From IMG/VR virus record IMGVR_UViG_3300045988_087130, positions 25,785 to 89,784 of that record: a DNA stretch of 64,000 bases, one strand, 5' to 3'. Positions 27,248 to 36,076 of this stretch are shown here, in pieces. The DNA comes from a virus. Positions within the stretch are counted from its first letter, which is position 1; each line of letters opens with the position of its first letter. The notes beneath the pieces are model-generated. The model searched no databases. It saw nothing but the letters and a program-made list of their open reading frames with translations, and had not been told where the DNA came from. The position numbers and the translations under genes are program-made.

Positions 27248-28144
27248 ATGAAGATATTAGAACCGAGATATGAAATCCTATCCCAAGGTGAGGGCATGGA
27301 TGGAGTTTATAAACAGATAGAGTTGTGCGGTCGCACATGTTATGCGTCAAGTATGAAGATAGATAAAGACAGCGCAAAGCCTTTCGTTGAGCGTATGGTA
27401 AGCAGCAATCATCTTGCCATGTGTGAGCATGGAACAATTTATCTCCATATTGCTTACGATAATGACTTCTTTGTTCCGGAGTCTCTACTGGTCAAACACT
27501 ATCGTGAGAACAAGTATTCCAAGGTGATGCAGATAGGTAACGATTACTATATTACGACCAACTACAGAGTTATAGTAGAGAATGAATGGTTTGATGATTT
27601 GGACTATATCTGCGAGCCTATGGAATGGCATGAGAAGCGAATAACCGTCCGCTTTACAACTCAGATAGCGGTAAGTAGAGAGGCTAACAGACATCGTGTA
27701 GATTCCATAGCGGAACAAAGCACTCGATATTGCAACTATAGCAAGGATAAGTTCGGAGGCGAGATTGCTATCAACAAGCCAAAGTGGGTTAGCGATGATG
27801 ATGCGGTTAATCCATTGTCTTTTGATGGTGGAACATTTGTTGACCTATCAAAGAACATCGGTAGTTATGAGCATTGGAGTCCAGTAGAAAAATGGTGGTT
27901 TGCCAATAGAGTATGCGAAATGATGTATTTGTCTTTGGTCAAGGATGATGGTCTTAAGCCACAGGATGCGAGAACGATACTTCCTCTTGATACCAACACG
28001 GAGTTGATTCATACAGCATTCGTGAGTGATTGGCTTCATTTCTTCGATTTGCGATCAAAAGGAACTACCGGAAAGCCTCATCCAGATATTGAGGTCTTGG
28101 CAACCCCATTGATGAATGAGTTCAAGGAACGAGGTTTGATTTAA
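27248..28144 (+). CDS. thyX: flavin-dependent thymidylate synthase
   Basis: ThyX signature REANRHRVDSIAEQSTRY (RHRx7-8S...RY); first ATG at 27248 (track start 27218 is TTG). Confidence 0.8.
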   Translation: MKILEPRYEILSQGEGMDGVYKQIELCGRTCYASSMKIDKDSAKPFVERMVSSNHLAMCEHGTIYLHIAYDNDFFVPESLLVKHYRENKYSKVMQIGNDYYITTNYRVIVENEWFDDLDYICEPMEWHEKRITVRFTTQIAVSREANRHRVDSIAEQSTRYCNYSKDKFGGEIAINKPKWVSDDDAVNPLSFDGGTFVDLSKNIGSYEHWSPVEKWWFANRVCEMMYLSLVKDDGLKPQDARTILPLDTNTELIHTAFVSDWLHFFDLRSKGTTGKPHPDIEVLATPLMNEFKERGLI

Positions 28145-28150
28145 TCGCTT

Positions 28151-28621
28151 ATGAAGAAGAAAGCCAAGCAAATAGCCAATGTGATGAGCAATGACTCTTT
28201 GGAGGTTGTTGCTCAGATGATTGTTGATGAGGCTAAAGGTGTGCGCTATGAAGTGTATGCTGATGGCTCTAGTAAGAACAACAAGTGTGGTTGCGGTTGG
28301 CTTGTGCTTCATAAGGGAGCGATTATCAAAAGTGGGAAATATACATTTATCACAGCCAAAGTGAACGATTCGGTGAGAGCCGAAATAAGGGCGGTCATTC
28401 AAGCATTGGGTGATTGCCCTCTTTTGTGTTCTGTTGATGTATATGTGGATTGCCAAGTGGCTATAGAGAGAATACAGGCTTGCAAGTTAGGAGACTTACA
28501 GCCTATATATAATAAGGTAGCGAAAGGCAAGGTGATAAGATACCATTGGGTTAAGGCTCATAGAGGTAATATGTATAATGAAATGGTGGATTCTTTGGCT
28601 TTTTCTGCTACAGAAAGTTAA
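28151..28621 (+). CDS. rnhA: ribonuclease H (RNase HI-like)
   Basis: YADGSS...GCGWL, AEIRAVIQAL, VDCQVAIERI, WVKAHRGNMYNEMVDSLA match the RNase HI catalytic layout. Confidence 0.75.
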   Translation: MKKKAKQIANVMSNDSLEVVAQMIVDEAKGVRYEVYADGSSKNNKCGCGWLVLHKGAIIKSGKYTFITAKVNDSVRAEIRAVIQALGDCPLLCSVDVYVDCQVAIERIQACKLGDLQPIYNKVAKGKVIRYHWVKAHRGNMYNEMVDSLAFSATES

Positions 28622-28647
28622 TTTTGCGCCTACATATATAATAAGCG

Positions 28648-28770
28648 TTAAAATGCAAAAGAAATACATTAAATAATTTGCATATTTCGATAATTCTTTG
28701 TATCTTTGCATCGTAATTAAGAAACAAGGTTACTAATTAAAAAGGTGAGACACACCGTAAAAACTGTGAT
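28648..28770 (+). repeat. promoter-leader cassette, copy C
   Basis: Near-identical to copies A/B/D; TAtcTTTG 28701; GGTGAGACACACC 28744; ATG 28776. Confidence 0.7.
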
Positions 28771-28775
28771 TCGTT

Positions 28776-28997
28776 ATGAATACTAGATTGAGTAAGAAAG
28801 AAACAATGGTTTATGGCAATATCGAAGTGATGGCTGATGTAATTGGTGGTAACAAGTACTTTACATTTGCTGAGTTGTATGATTTCGATTTGGATAATAC
28901 CAAGGATGAGTTGAAAGAAATCTTAAACTCTTTGACAGAGAAAGGTTACTTGAAGAGTTTTCACGATTTCTACGAAACTTATCGAGTTTTAAAGTAA
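28776..28997 (+). CDS. hypothetical protein
   Basis: 73-aa ORF driven by cassette C. Confidence 0.4.
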   Translation: MNTRLSKKETMVYGNIEVMADVIGGNKYFTFAELYDFDLDNTKDELKEILNSLTEKGYLKSFHDFYETYRVLK

Positions 28998-29044
28998 GAA
29001 TAACAAAGGGGATATGAAATCCCCTTACAATATAAATTTAGAGC

Positions 29045-29069
29045 GTGAGACACACGTAAAACTGTATTG
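29045..29069 (+). promoter_or_regulatory. GTGAGACACAC..AAAACTGTATTG element
   Basis: Exact motif; the AAACTGTATTG tail is identical to the copy at 12036. Confidence 0.4.
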
Positions 29070-29163
29070 AAACAATGAAAAAGGTATTCACAATTGAGAA
29101 TGCGTTAGCGTTTTTATTTGCTCTTGAAATAGTATCATTAATTTATTTTCTTGGATAGGGCTT

Positions 29164-29382
29164 ATGCAGATTAAGTTTGGTAAGATAAAGTTTACTGCGG
29201 CTAAGTCCGAAAAAGGATGCCGCTTTGATGCTTGCTACAAAGGGGAGCATGTGGTTTTTGAGAGTGAAGATATGTCTTTGTATGATGATGTTTTTTCTGA
29301 TAATAACAGAAGAGCAAAGGCTGCAAAGAGAGTGATTTACGAGAATATTAAGCACAAGTATTATGAGACCCATAGAGATTAG
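29164..29382 (+). CDS. hypothetical protein
   Basis: 72-aa ORF. Confidence 0.35.
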   Translation: MQIKFGKIKFTAAKSEKGCRFDACYKGEHVVFESEDMSLYDDVFSDNNRRAKAAKRVIYENIKHKYYETHRD

Positions 29383-29791
29383 CGATTTCAACGCTGCCGA
29401 TGAATTTGTCGTTGAGGCAATGATGCAAGATGGCAAATTCAAGGTTATCGGCAAGGTTATTATTGATAATAATCTTCTGAATGATGATGATTTGGAAACT
29501 ATCTGGGATTATGCCAACTGGGAGACGAACGGCTATGAAAAGATGGTTGTCTCTAACGGAGTGTACAAAGGCTTGAAAGCATTTAGCGATGGGCGTTTGT
29601 TCTATGTAATTACTGATGATGAGGTTGGAGTGGTAAATGACAATATCATGGTACGTAAGCATTATGATGTCAACAATGGCTATTATATTAAGTCATCAAG
29701 GTTGCACAAGGAACAATCCAGGGACTTATGGTGCTTTGGTAGCCGTGAGACTATTGAGAACGAATATAGGTCAAATAAAAAACTGTTTTAA
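29363..29791 (+). CDS. hypothetical protein
   Basis: 142-aa ORF. Confidence 0.4.
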   Translation: MRPIEISDFNAADEFVVEAMMQDGKFKVIGKVIIDNNLLNDDDLETIWDYANWETNGYEKMVVSNGVYKGLKAFSDGRLFYVITDDEVGVVNDNIMVRKHYDVNNGYYIKSSRLHKEQSRDLWCFGSRETIENEYRSNKKLF

Positions 29792-31026
29792 ATTGAGTAG
29801 TATGATTTCATACAAGTACAAGTTATACCGGACGAAGAAGACGAGGCATTTGGATAAGATGCTCCGAGAGGCTTGCTATGTTTGGAATCATGCGCTTGCC
29901 TTGCAGAAGAGATACTATAAGTTGTATCACAAGTATATTCCTAGATTTATGATGCATCATCATTTTGCTAAACGATATAAGCCAATTTTGCTTAACAGCC
30001 ATACCGTTAGGGAAATCTTGGATAGATTAGATGTAGCTTACAAGCGTTTCTTTAAGCATGATGCAAAGCGTCCACCTAAGTTCAAAAAGATGGTTGAATT
30101 TAGTTCGTTCGTTTTCAAAGATAATGGTTATTCCCTTAGTGGAAACGAGTTTGTGATAAACAAGATAAAGAAGTCCTTCAAGTTCTCTCTGAGCCGTCCT
30201 TACGATGGCAAGGTTAAGAGGGTATCAGTCAAGCGCAACAAGCTGGGCGAGTACTTCATTATCCTTTGCTTGGACAAGCAAGCCGAGCCTTACGGAAAGT
30301 CACACGATGGTGCATCCGTGGGCATCGACTTTGGATTGAAGAAGTACATGACTTTGAGCGATGGTCGTGAGATTGATAATCCTCAGTTCCTTAAAGCTGA
30401 CTTGCAGGAGCTTAGGCGCAGGTCTCGCAACCTCTCGAAGTGCAAGAAGGGCAGCAACAACCGCAAGCGCAAGAAGATGGAATTGGAGCGATTGTATCGG
30501 GATATTGTGAACAAACGTTCCGATTTCCAGTGGAAGCTGGCTCACGAACTTTGCAAGCGTTACGACTTGATTTGCTTGGAGGACTTGAACTTGGAGGTAA
30601 TGGCAAAGCGTTGGGGACGCAAGATGTCTGACTTGGCACATAGCGATTTCGTTGTGAAGTTGGAGCACGTAGCGAAGAAGTATGGCGTTAAGGTTCATAA
30701 GATAGACCGCTTCTTCCCATCGAGCCGCCTTTGCACTTGTGGTTATAAGAACGATAAGCTGTCATTGGGTGATAGGATTTGGACTTGCCCTAGTTGTGGT
30801 GCTGTTCATCCTAGAGACCTCTTCGCAGCTGAGAATATACTTCGGCAGGGCATTGCCGAATTGGGGAGTGGTAGTAAGTCACCCAAGCACTCGCAAGGGC
30901 GCAGCCACGTTAACAACCCAACAATCCCTTGTAAATAGCAATGGAGTGTGCCATGTATGCAATAGACTTAGCTCAACGCAAGCAACTTGAAGGATAAAAA
31001 CAAAATACAAAATTAAGAATAAGCAT
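29780..31026 (+). mobile_element. putative IS1341-like element (TnpB only); ends not defined
   Basis: Single tnpB with an 88-bp 3' flank before the next gene; compositional island. Confidence 0.4.
29802..30938 (+). CDS. tnpB: IS200/IS605-family TnpB (OrfB, IS1341-type), no TnpA partner
   Basis: N-terminal YKYKLYRTKKTRHLDKMLREACYVWNHALAL (OrfB_IS605 N-terminus) and C-terminal zinc ribbon CTCGYKNDKLSLGDRIWTCPSCGAVHPRD; GC-richer than its surroundings. Confidence 0.8.
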   Translation: MISYKYKLYRTKKTRHLDKMLREACYVWNHALALQKRYYKLYHKYIPRFMMHHHFAKRYKPILLNSHTVREILDRLDVAYKRFFKHDAKRPPKFKKMVEFSSFVFKDNGYSLSGNEFVINKIKKSFKFSLSRPYDGKVKRVSVKRNKLGEYFIILCLDKQAEPYGKSHDGASVGIDFGLKKYMTLSDGREIDNPQFLKADLQELRRRSRNLSKCKKGSNNRKRKKMELERLYRDIVNKRSDFQWKLAHELCKRYDLICLEDLNLEVMAKRWGRKMSDLAHSDFVVKLEHVAKKYGVKVHKIDRFFPSSRLCTCGYKNDKLSLGDRIWTCPSCGAVHPRDLFAAENILRQGIAELGSGSKSPKHSQGRSHVNNPTIPCK

Positions 31027-31377
31027 ATGGAAGAATTAAGAGGTGTTTACACATTACCCGTCTTGTATAATGAACAAAGTGGTAGAAATGTAGGTGTATC
31101 TGTAAGAAGAGAACTTGGAGTAGTTGTTGCAATCGACAATGAAGATGAGTTTAAGGGTGTTTTTTCAAAGGATGGTGAGGTGGATGTATTCAAGCAGTTA
31201 CTATCACAAGAAGTGTATCGTTACTATACAGAACACAATGCATTCCCTATTGAGCCTTTGATTTCTTACAAGATGGATGGCGATATTATCTTTGACTATG
31301 TTGAAGTAACTATCGGAAAGATGTACGGCGGTTATGTATATATCGTGCATTACAACTTTGCAAGCACGGCATCATAA
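31027..31377 (+). CDS. hypothetical protein
   Basis: 116-aa ORF. Confidence 0.4.
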   Translation: MEELRGVYTLPVLYNEQSGRNVGVSVRRELGVVVAIDNEDEFKGVFSKDGEVDVFKQLLSQEVYRYYTEHNAFPIEPLISYKMDGDIIFDYVEVTIGKMYGGYVYIVHYNFASTAS

Positions 31378-31392
31378 TAAATAAGATAGACT

Positions 31393-31524
31393 ATGACGGT
31401 AGTAGATAGAATTAGAATTACGGCTCAGATTGCAGTATTGAAGGAGATTGCTCTTGACTATAAGGGAAAGACAATAGATAACATCATCCAACAGCTAGAA
31501 GCAAGATTGAGTGTACCGAAATAA
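31393..31524 (+). CDS. hypothetical small protein, paralog of 56564-56704
   Basis: 43 aa found by hand; ...DYKGKTIDNIIQQLEARL closely matches ...DYQGKTIDNIIQQMEARL. Confidence 0.3.
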   Translation: MTVVDRIRITAQIAVLKEIALDYKGKTIDNIIQQLEARLSVPK

Positions 31525-31550
31525 GTTCAAATTTCAATAGTTGGAAGATT

Positions 31551-31907
31551 ATGAGTGGTGGACGTTTTGATTATGCCCAGTATAGGATTGCTGACATATA
31601 CACAAAGATAGAAGATTATGTTGATGGTCATCCATTGGATGAGGAAGATGAAAGATGTTTCCTCGAAGACCGATGGTTGGAGGAGGATGAAGACAAGTAT
31701 GTTAGAAAGCATCATCATACGATGCCTAATAGATATGGCTTATCTAAAGAGACTATCAAGGAATTCAAAAAGGGTATTGAACTTCTGAAGAAAGCTCAGG
31801 TTTATGCCCAAAGAATTGATTGGCTTCTTTCCGGTGATGATGGAGAAGATAATTTCCATCTACGTTTGAAAGAGGATTTGGCAAATTTAAAAAGTAAAAA
31901 AGGGTAG
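31551..31907 (+). CDS. hypothetical protein
   Basis: 118-aa ORF. Confidence 0.4.
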   Translation: MSGGRFDYAQYRIADIYTKIEDYVDGHPLDEEDERCFLEDRWLEEDEDKYVRKHHHTMPNRYGLSKETIKEFKKGIELLKKAQVYAQRIDWLLSGDDGEDNFHLRLKEDLANLKSKKG

Positions 31908-31910
31908 ATT

Positions 31911-32405
31911 ATGAGTTGGAATTATCGTTTAGATACACCTATGATGCAATTAGCTGAAGAGGTGAATAAGAAATATGATACCGATGCTGGTAAGATGCTT
32001 CTTTGCACTTATCTCTTTATGGTATCAAGTGAAGAGGTCAAGGACAAGCAAGCTTTCTTTGATTGGGTAGAAGAATTGAGTAAGTCTAGCAAGTGTGATG
32101 CGGTAAGGGAGTACGTGAAAATCAAGGACAAAGCCGATTGGCTGCATGGTGGATTCTGTAAGCCGATTTACCGCCACTACAAGGGCAATTTCTATGAGTA
32201 TCTTGGAGAGGTTACTGATAGCGAGACTTCTGAAGCTAAGGTTGCGTATCAAGCAGTGTGCGGACAACATGAAGTTTGGGTGCGACCAAAGGAAATGTTC
32301 TTTGGTAATGTTGAGGTAGATGGTAAGTCTGTTTCTAGATTTGAGAAAATAGATTTAAAGGACTTAGAGAAAAAAGCAGAGATTAATGGACAGAGAAAAG
32401 ATTAA
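31911..32405 (+). CDS. DUF1653-like domain protein
   Basis: C-terminal IYRHYKGNFYEYLGEVTDSETSEAKVAYQAVCGQHEVWVRPKEMF resembles the DUF1653 YRHYKGG..Y core. Confidence 0.45.
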   Translation: MSWNYRLDTPMMQLAEEVNKKYDTDAGKMLLCTYLFMVSSEEVKDKQAFFDWVEELSKSSKCDAVREYVKIKDKADWLHGGFCKPIYRHYKGNFYEYLGEVTDSETSEAKVAYQAVCGQHEVWVRPKEMFFGNVEVDGKSVSRFEKIDLKDLEKKAEINGQRKD

Positions 32406-32547
32406 GAGCTTGTTAGGTCAAGCAATCTTGCGAGTTAATGAAGTCGTACCGGATTTCGAAGACTTGGATAAGGTTCTTCCTTTGCTTAGACAGGCGATTG
32501 ATGAATTAGATAAGTCAGAATCGGGTTCAGTTTAGAAAGGGTGAAAA

Positions 32548-33075
32548 ATGGCAAATAGGCAGACGATAAAACCAAAGGTAGTTCCATTTGAGATAGCCAA
32601 ACTTCTGAAGGAGGTTGGCTACGATGAGAAGATAGCCGAATTTTGGGCTTATGCTAGTCCTTGGACAGCAAAGGGTGGCATTCGTAAGGGTGGAAAATAT
32701 AATGAGCATTACGGCAGTTATATCGCTTATTCAAATTCCGAGTGGGAGAAATCCAATATTGAGTTTTCTGCTGCCTTAAAGTTGAATAGTAAGCATCCGG
32801 CAATATCCGCTCCGAACTATGATATGGTGTTAGATTGGCTTTTAGAGCATTTCGGTTACTATATTTGTGTTGCAAATATTTCGAAAGGTAAGTTCTGTTG
32901 GCAAACTACATCATGGTGTGTAGAGGAAGGCTTGTGTCATACGGATGGTAAGGAATATTCCAGTAGATACGAGGCAATGGATGCCGCTTTCAAGAGTATC
33001 TTAAAGGCACGTTTGAAGTATGAAAATGATGAGAAACTGCAAACGTTTCTCAAAAGAATTAAAATGGAAAATTAA
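32548..33075 (+). CDS. hypothetical protein
   Basis: 175-aa ORF. Confidence 0.4.
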   Translation: MANRQTIKPKVVPFEIAKLLKEVGYDEKIAEFWAYASPWTAKGGIRKGGKYNEHYGSYIAYSNSEWEKSNIEFSAALKLNSKHPAISAPNYDMVLDWLLEHFGYYICVANISKGKFCWQTTSWCVEEGLCHTDGKEYSSRYEAMDAAFKSILKARLKYENDEKLQTFLKRIKMEN

Positions 33076-33076
33076 G

Positions 33077-34294
33077 ATGAACAAACAGAAAATGATAGAG
33101 TGGATAGCCACTTGTGATACTGGTATCTCTTCTAAAACCATGTGGAGTGCATTGATGGGGGTAAAGCGAAAGAAAGATTTGAATATTCCTAAAGACAATA
33201 GTGACTTCCGTAGATGCTATGACATGGTAGAATACGGACACGTAACCTTGGATGAGCTACAGGTTGTAAAGAAGCAATATCCTTGGTTTGCTCCTGTTGT
33301 TGACAATTGGAAGGAATTGTCTCTTTTGTTTGAAGAAGAGCTGGACAAACGCTTGTATATGCGTATTCGTCAGCTATGTGAAGAGTCAGACATTATCCGG
33401 TATGAGAAAAGGGGAGAACTTTATTATGAGAGGAATTTTTGGTATAATATCACAATAATCAAATTAAGAATGAAGAAAATTATCTTAATGTTTTGTATTG
33501 CGATACTCGGCATGAGTGCGCTTACAAGTTGTCATTCGGTTTCTCCTGATGCAGACGAAGAAGCCGTAATCGTAAAGAAGCCTTGGTTTATTGGGCATGG
33601 AGGTGTTGAACAGCAAGCAGTGCAGACTGGTCTCACTTGGTGCTGGTGGTCAACGAGTGGTTATTACTTCAAGATTGTTCCAGTCCGTCACGAGATTACC
33701 TTAGATGATTTGTTTAGTGACGATAACACGCCACTTGACTTCCATACTGTAATCATTACTCAGATTGAGCAAGGCAAGTCCCCAATTCTTTTGCAGAATT
33801 ATGGTGAGAAATGGTTTGATACTAATCTCAACAATTATTTCTGCAATCTGGTTCGAGACCATATTTCTCAGCATTCCCCATTTGACTTGATGTCGAATCG
33901 GCAAGTGCTTAATCAGATTGACACCAAGATACGCAAGCAGATGCAGGACTATGTGAACGCTCTATCAAAGAAAAAGCAGATGCCTATCATCATAAAGGAG
34001 GTTATCATTGGTAAAGCTACACCAAACAAGGAACAGCTTAATGAAATGAACCGCACGGCAAAGGTCGTGCAAGCCAAGCAGACACAAGAACGTGAATATG
34101 AAGTGCAGATAGCAAGAGAAAAGGCTGAGCGACAAAAGGCAAAGGCAGATAAGGCATATATGGAAGAAATGAATCTTTCCGCTGGTCAGTTTATCAACCT
34201 TAAGTGGATTGAGACAGTAGCAAATAAGCAAGGAGCAAATATTGATGTTATGGTTGGCCCTGCGGAAAGCATGTGGAATATAAGACGCAATTAA
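33077..34294 (+). CDS. membrane-anchored SPFH/band-7-like domain protein (possibly two fused genes)
   Basis: Continuous frame; internal MKKIILMFCIAILGMSALTSC lipoprotein-type signal at about 33469; the downstream region resembles an SPFH domain followed by a coiled coil. Confidence 0.4.
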   Translation: MNKQKMIEWIATCDTGISSKTMWSALMGVKRKKDLNIPKDNSDFRRCYDMVEYGHVTLDELQVVKKQYPWFAPVVDNWKELSLLFEEELDKRLYMRIRQLCEESDIIRYEKRGELYYERNFWYNITIIKLRMKKIILMFCIAILGMSALTSCHSVSPDADEEAVIVKKPWFIGHGGVEQQAVQTGLTWCWWSTSGYYFKIVPVRHEITLDDLFSDDNTPLDFHTVIITQIEQGKSPILLQNYGEKWFDTNLNNYFCNLVRDHISQHSPFDLMSNRQVLNQIDTKIRKQMQDYVNALSKKKQMPIIIKEVIIGKATPNKEQLNEMNRTAKVVQAKQTQEREYEVQIAREKAERQKAKADKAYMEEMNLSAGQFINLKWIETVANKQGANIDVMVGPAESMWNIRRN

Positions 34295-34320
34295 TTAATT
34301 TTCAAATCGAGTAAACAAGA

Positions 34321-34671
34321 ATGAACAAAGACAAATTAAAGGTCAGCTTTGAGATTGACCGTTACAAGGTGATTGGTATGCTTTCACGTAATTGTGAGAA
34401 TGCTGAAGAGTACAACGAGATTATGGAAATCCTTGAAGGCAAGAATGAGTTTGTGCGTGATGCGAATGGTAACGAGGAGCTTGCAAGCCGCATTTGCAAT
34501 TATGCTTTGGACTCTATCTTGGTAGAGAATCCAGACTTGACTCTTCGTAAGCGTTTGGATAAGGAACAGAAAGACGAGGATGTTCCTGATTCCAATGTCA
34601 TCGAAATCAAAGGTGATGACGCAAAAAAACTTGTAGAAACCCTCTGTGGTATTCTTCGCAAGGATAAATGA
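34321..34671 (+). CDS. hypothetical protein
   Basis: 116-aa ORF. Confidence 0.4.
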   Translation: MNKDKLKVSFEIDRYKVIGMLSRNCENAEEYNEIMEILEGKNEFVRDANGNEELASRICNYALDSILVENPDLTLRKRLDKEQKDEDVPDSNVIEIKGDDAKKLVETLCGILRKDK

Positions 34672-34711
34672 TGTAAAAATCATCAAAAGAGTTTAAATAA
34701 ACACTAAAACA

Positions 34712-34743
34712 TTTGCAAGTGTGAAATAAAATGCTTATCTTTG
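34712..34743 (+). promoter_or_regulatory. sigma-A-type promoter of the tRNA operon (TTTG-N20-TAtcTTTG)
   Basis: TTTG 34712, TAtcTTTG 34736; about 140-nt leader before tRNA-Glu. Confidence 0.45.
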
Positions 34744-34888
34744 CATCGTGTTTGAAACAGATGGCCTTCAATGAGGTTTCTTCTACCATAATAAGTCAAG
34801 ACTTAGGAGTTTACGGCATGGTTTCCAGGTTATCCTGCCCAGCTAGACTATAACAAGGCAACTCTAATTAGGGTGAGAATCCCTAGAT

Positions 34889-34961
34889 GCTGCATTAGAC
34901 AAGTGGTTAAGTCGCCAGTTTTTCACGCTGGTATTCAAAGGTTCGAATCCTTTATGCAGTA
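34889..34961 (+). tRNA. tRNA-Glu (anticodon TTC)
   Basis: Hand-folded: acceptor GCTGCAT/ATGCAGT, anticodon stem CCAGT/GCTGG with loop TTTTCAC, T-arm AAAGG-TTCGAAT-CCTTT. Confidence 0.6.
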
Positions 34962-34967
34962 CAAATT

Positions 34968-35038
34968 TGCCCTATGGTGTAATGGCAACACTACAGGTTT
35001 TGGTTCTGTCATTAGTGGTTCGAATCCGCTTGGGGCAA
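34968..35038 (+). tRNA. tRNA-Gln (anticodon TTG)
   Basis: Acceptor TGCCCTA/TGGGGCA, anticodon stem ACAGG/TCTGT with loop TTTTGGT, T-loop TTCGAAT. Confidence 0.55.
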
Positions 35039-35069
35039 CAAGGTGATATTTGATATGTATTCCACAAAT

Positions 35070-35154
35070 GGTGCAATATTCAAGCGGCTAAAGAAGACTG
35101 ACTGTAAATCAGTTCCCATTGCGGGTTCGGTGAGTTCGAATCTCTCTTGCACCA
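35070..35154 (+). tRNA. tRNA-Tyr (anticodon GTA), type II with long variable arm
   Basis: Acceptor GGTGCAA/TTGCACC; D-loop AGCGGCTAAA; anticodon loop CTGTAAA; variable arm CCC-ATTGC-GGG; T-loop TTCGAAT; 85 nt. Confidence 0.65.
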
Positions 35155-35178
35155 CAAGAGTAACTTTGTCAGATTACG

Positions 35179-35250
35179 GGGAATGTAGCTCAGAAGTAGA
35201 GCACTTGGTTCGTAACCAAGGGGGCATTGGTGCAACTCCAATCATTCCTT
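35179..35250 (+). tRNA. tRNA-Thr (anticodon CGT)
   Basis: Acceptor GGGAATG/CATTCCT, D-arm GCTC-AGAAGTA-GAGC, anticodon stem CTTGG/CCAAG with loop TTCGTAA; unusual T-loop TGCAACT. Confidence 0.5.
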
Positions 35251-35253
35251 TAC

Positions 35254-35325
35254 GCTTTCGTAGCTCAGTGGCAGAGCATAGGATTTTTAATCCTAGGGTC
35301 GAAGGTTCGAATCCTTCCGTTGGCA
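35254..35325 (+). tRNA. tRNA-Lys (anticodon TTT)
   Basis: D-arm TAGCTCAGTGGCAGAGC, anticodon stem TAGGA/TCCTA with loop TTTTTAA, T-arm GAAGG-TTCGAAT-CCTTC; acceptor stem has two internal mismatches, so ends are uncertain. Confidence 0.5.
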
Positions 35326-35498
35326 CAATGATACACAAGAAGAGAGCCGTGATGTTTGTTCTGTTGGAATCTCGGACATCTGTCAACGGATAACGTAGGA
35401 AGCAGATGGGGCGAATAAAGTTGTGAATAAGCTTATGAACTAGGGAAGCAAGCGGAATGGCCTCTTTTTTGTGCTTCATTTGATGGTTTAACGAAAAA

Positions 35499-35777
35499 TT
35501 GAAGAATATGAAAAGTCCGTTAAGAATGGCAGTCGCTTTAGAAAAGAACAACAAGGTATATCCAAAAGATGTACGGAAGTTCTTGATGGGATTGTACGCC
35601 ACGCTGCATTTGACAGATAACGCAACGGCTAAAGATATGGAAAAGCTGGTATATTATGCTTTTCGGAACGGTTACCTGCTAGGTGTCAAGTCTGAAGGAG
35701 GTGATGACCAAAAAGCGTATGACCGACTGCCGGATTTGGGAGTAGAAGAAGATATTGGTGATGATTCAAGAAGATAG
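35499..35777 (+). CDS. hypothetical protein
   Basis: 92-aa ORF after the tRNA cluster. Confidence 0.35.
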   Translation: MKNMKSPLRMAVALEKNNKVYPKDVRKFLMGLYATLHLTDNATAKDMEKLVYYAFRNGYLLGVKSEGGDDQKAYDRLPDLGVEEDIGDDSRR

Positions 35778-35813
35778 TTGATAAAATTTGGTAATTAGTT
35801 AGTAAAGTTTTTT

Positions 35814-35846
35814 AGGCTTTGGTGTGTGAACATCGAAGCCTTTTTA
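35814..35846 (+). terminator. rho-independent terminator
   Basis: AGGCTT-TGGTGTGTGAACATCG-AAGCCT followed by TTTT. Confidence 0.55.
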
Positions 35847-35909
35847 TATATAATAAGGTAAAATAAAAGCTGAAATGTTAACAAGACCCATATATCAGTT
35901 ACGAAAGGT

Positions 35910-35975
35910 TAAAATACAAAAGAAAAACATTAAATAACTTGCATATTTCAAAACTTATTCGTATCTTTGCATCGT
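35910..35975 (+). repeat. promoter cassette, partial copy E
   Basis: AAAATACAAAAGAAAAACATTAAATAACTTGCATATTTC..TAtcTTTGCATCG shared with copies A-D; the leader is diverged. Confidence 0.55.
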
Positions 35976-36025
35976 CAATCAAGATAAGTTGGTTGATTTG
36001 CCGAGTGACAAGTTTCACTCAATAA

Positions 36026-36068
36026 GGTGAGAGCGACACCAAGGGGTAAGACCCGAAACAACTAGCAC
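36026..36068 (+). promoter_or_regulatory. variant GGTGAGAGCGACACC...AAACAACTAGCAC element
   Basis: Motif variant with an inserted GCG, 9 nt upstream of ATG 36077. Confidence 0.35.
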
Positions 36069-36076
36069 AATTGATT

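Noticed and set aside
30300-30990. Antisense and alternative-frame ORFs over tnpB (30300-30698-, 30412-30639-, 30440-30631+, 30739-30990+)
   Set aside because: They lie in a GC-rich island where stop codons are rare in every frame; the Cys/Pro/Ser-rich translations are implausible.
34836-34890. A sixth tRNA upstream of tRNA-Glu, suggested by a T-arm-like hairpin TAGGG-TGAGAAT-CCCTA
   Set aside because: No matching acceptor stem or D/anticodon arms within the 55 nt available; it is more likely a leader-processing hairpin.
35043-35602. ORFs 35043-35393(+) and 35174-35602(-) spanning the tRNA cluster
   Set aside because: They overlap five hand-folded tRNA genes; their translations are cloverleaf sequence read as protein.
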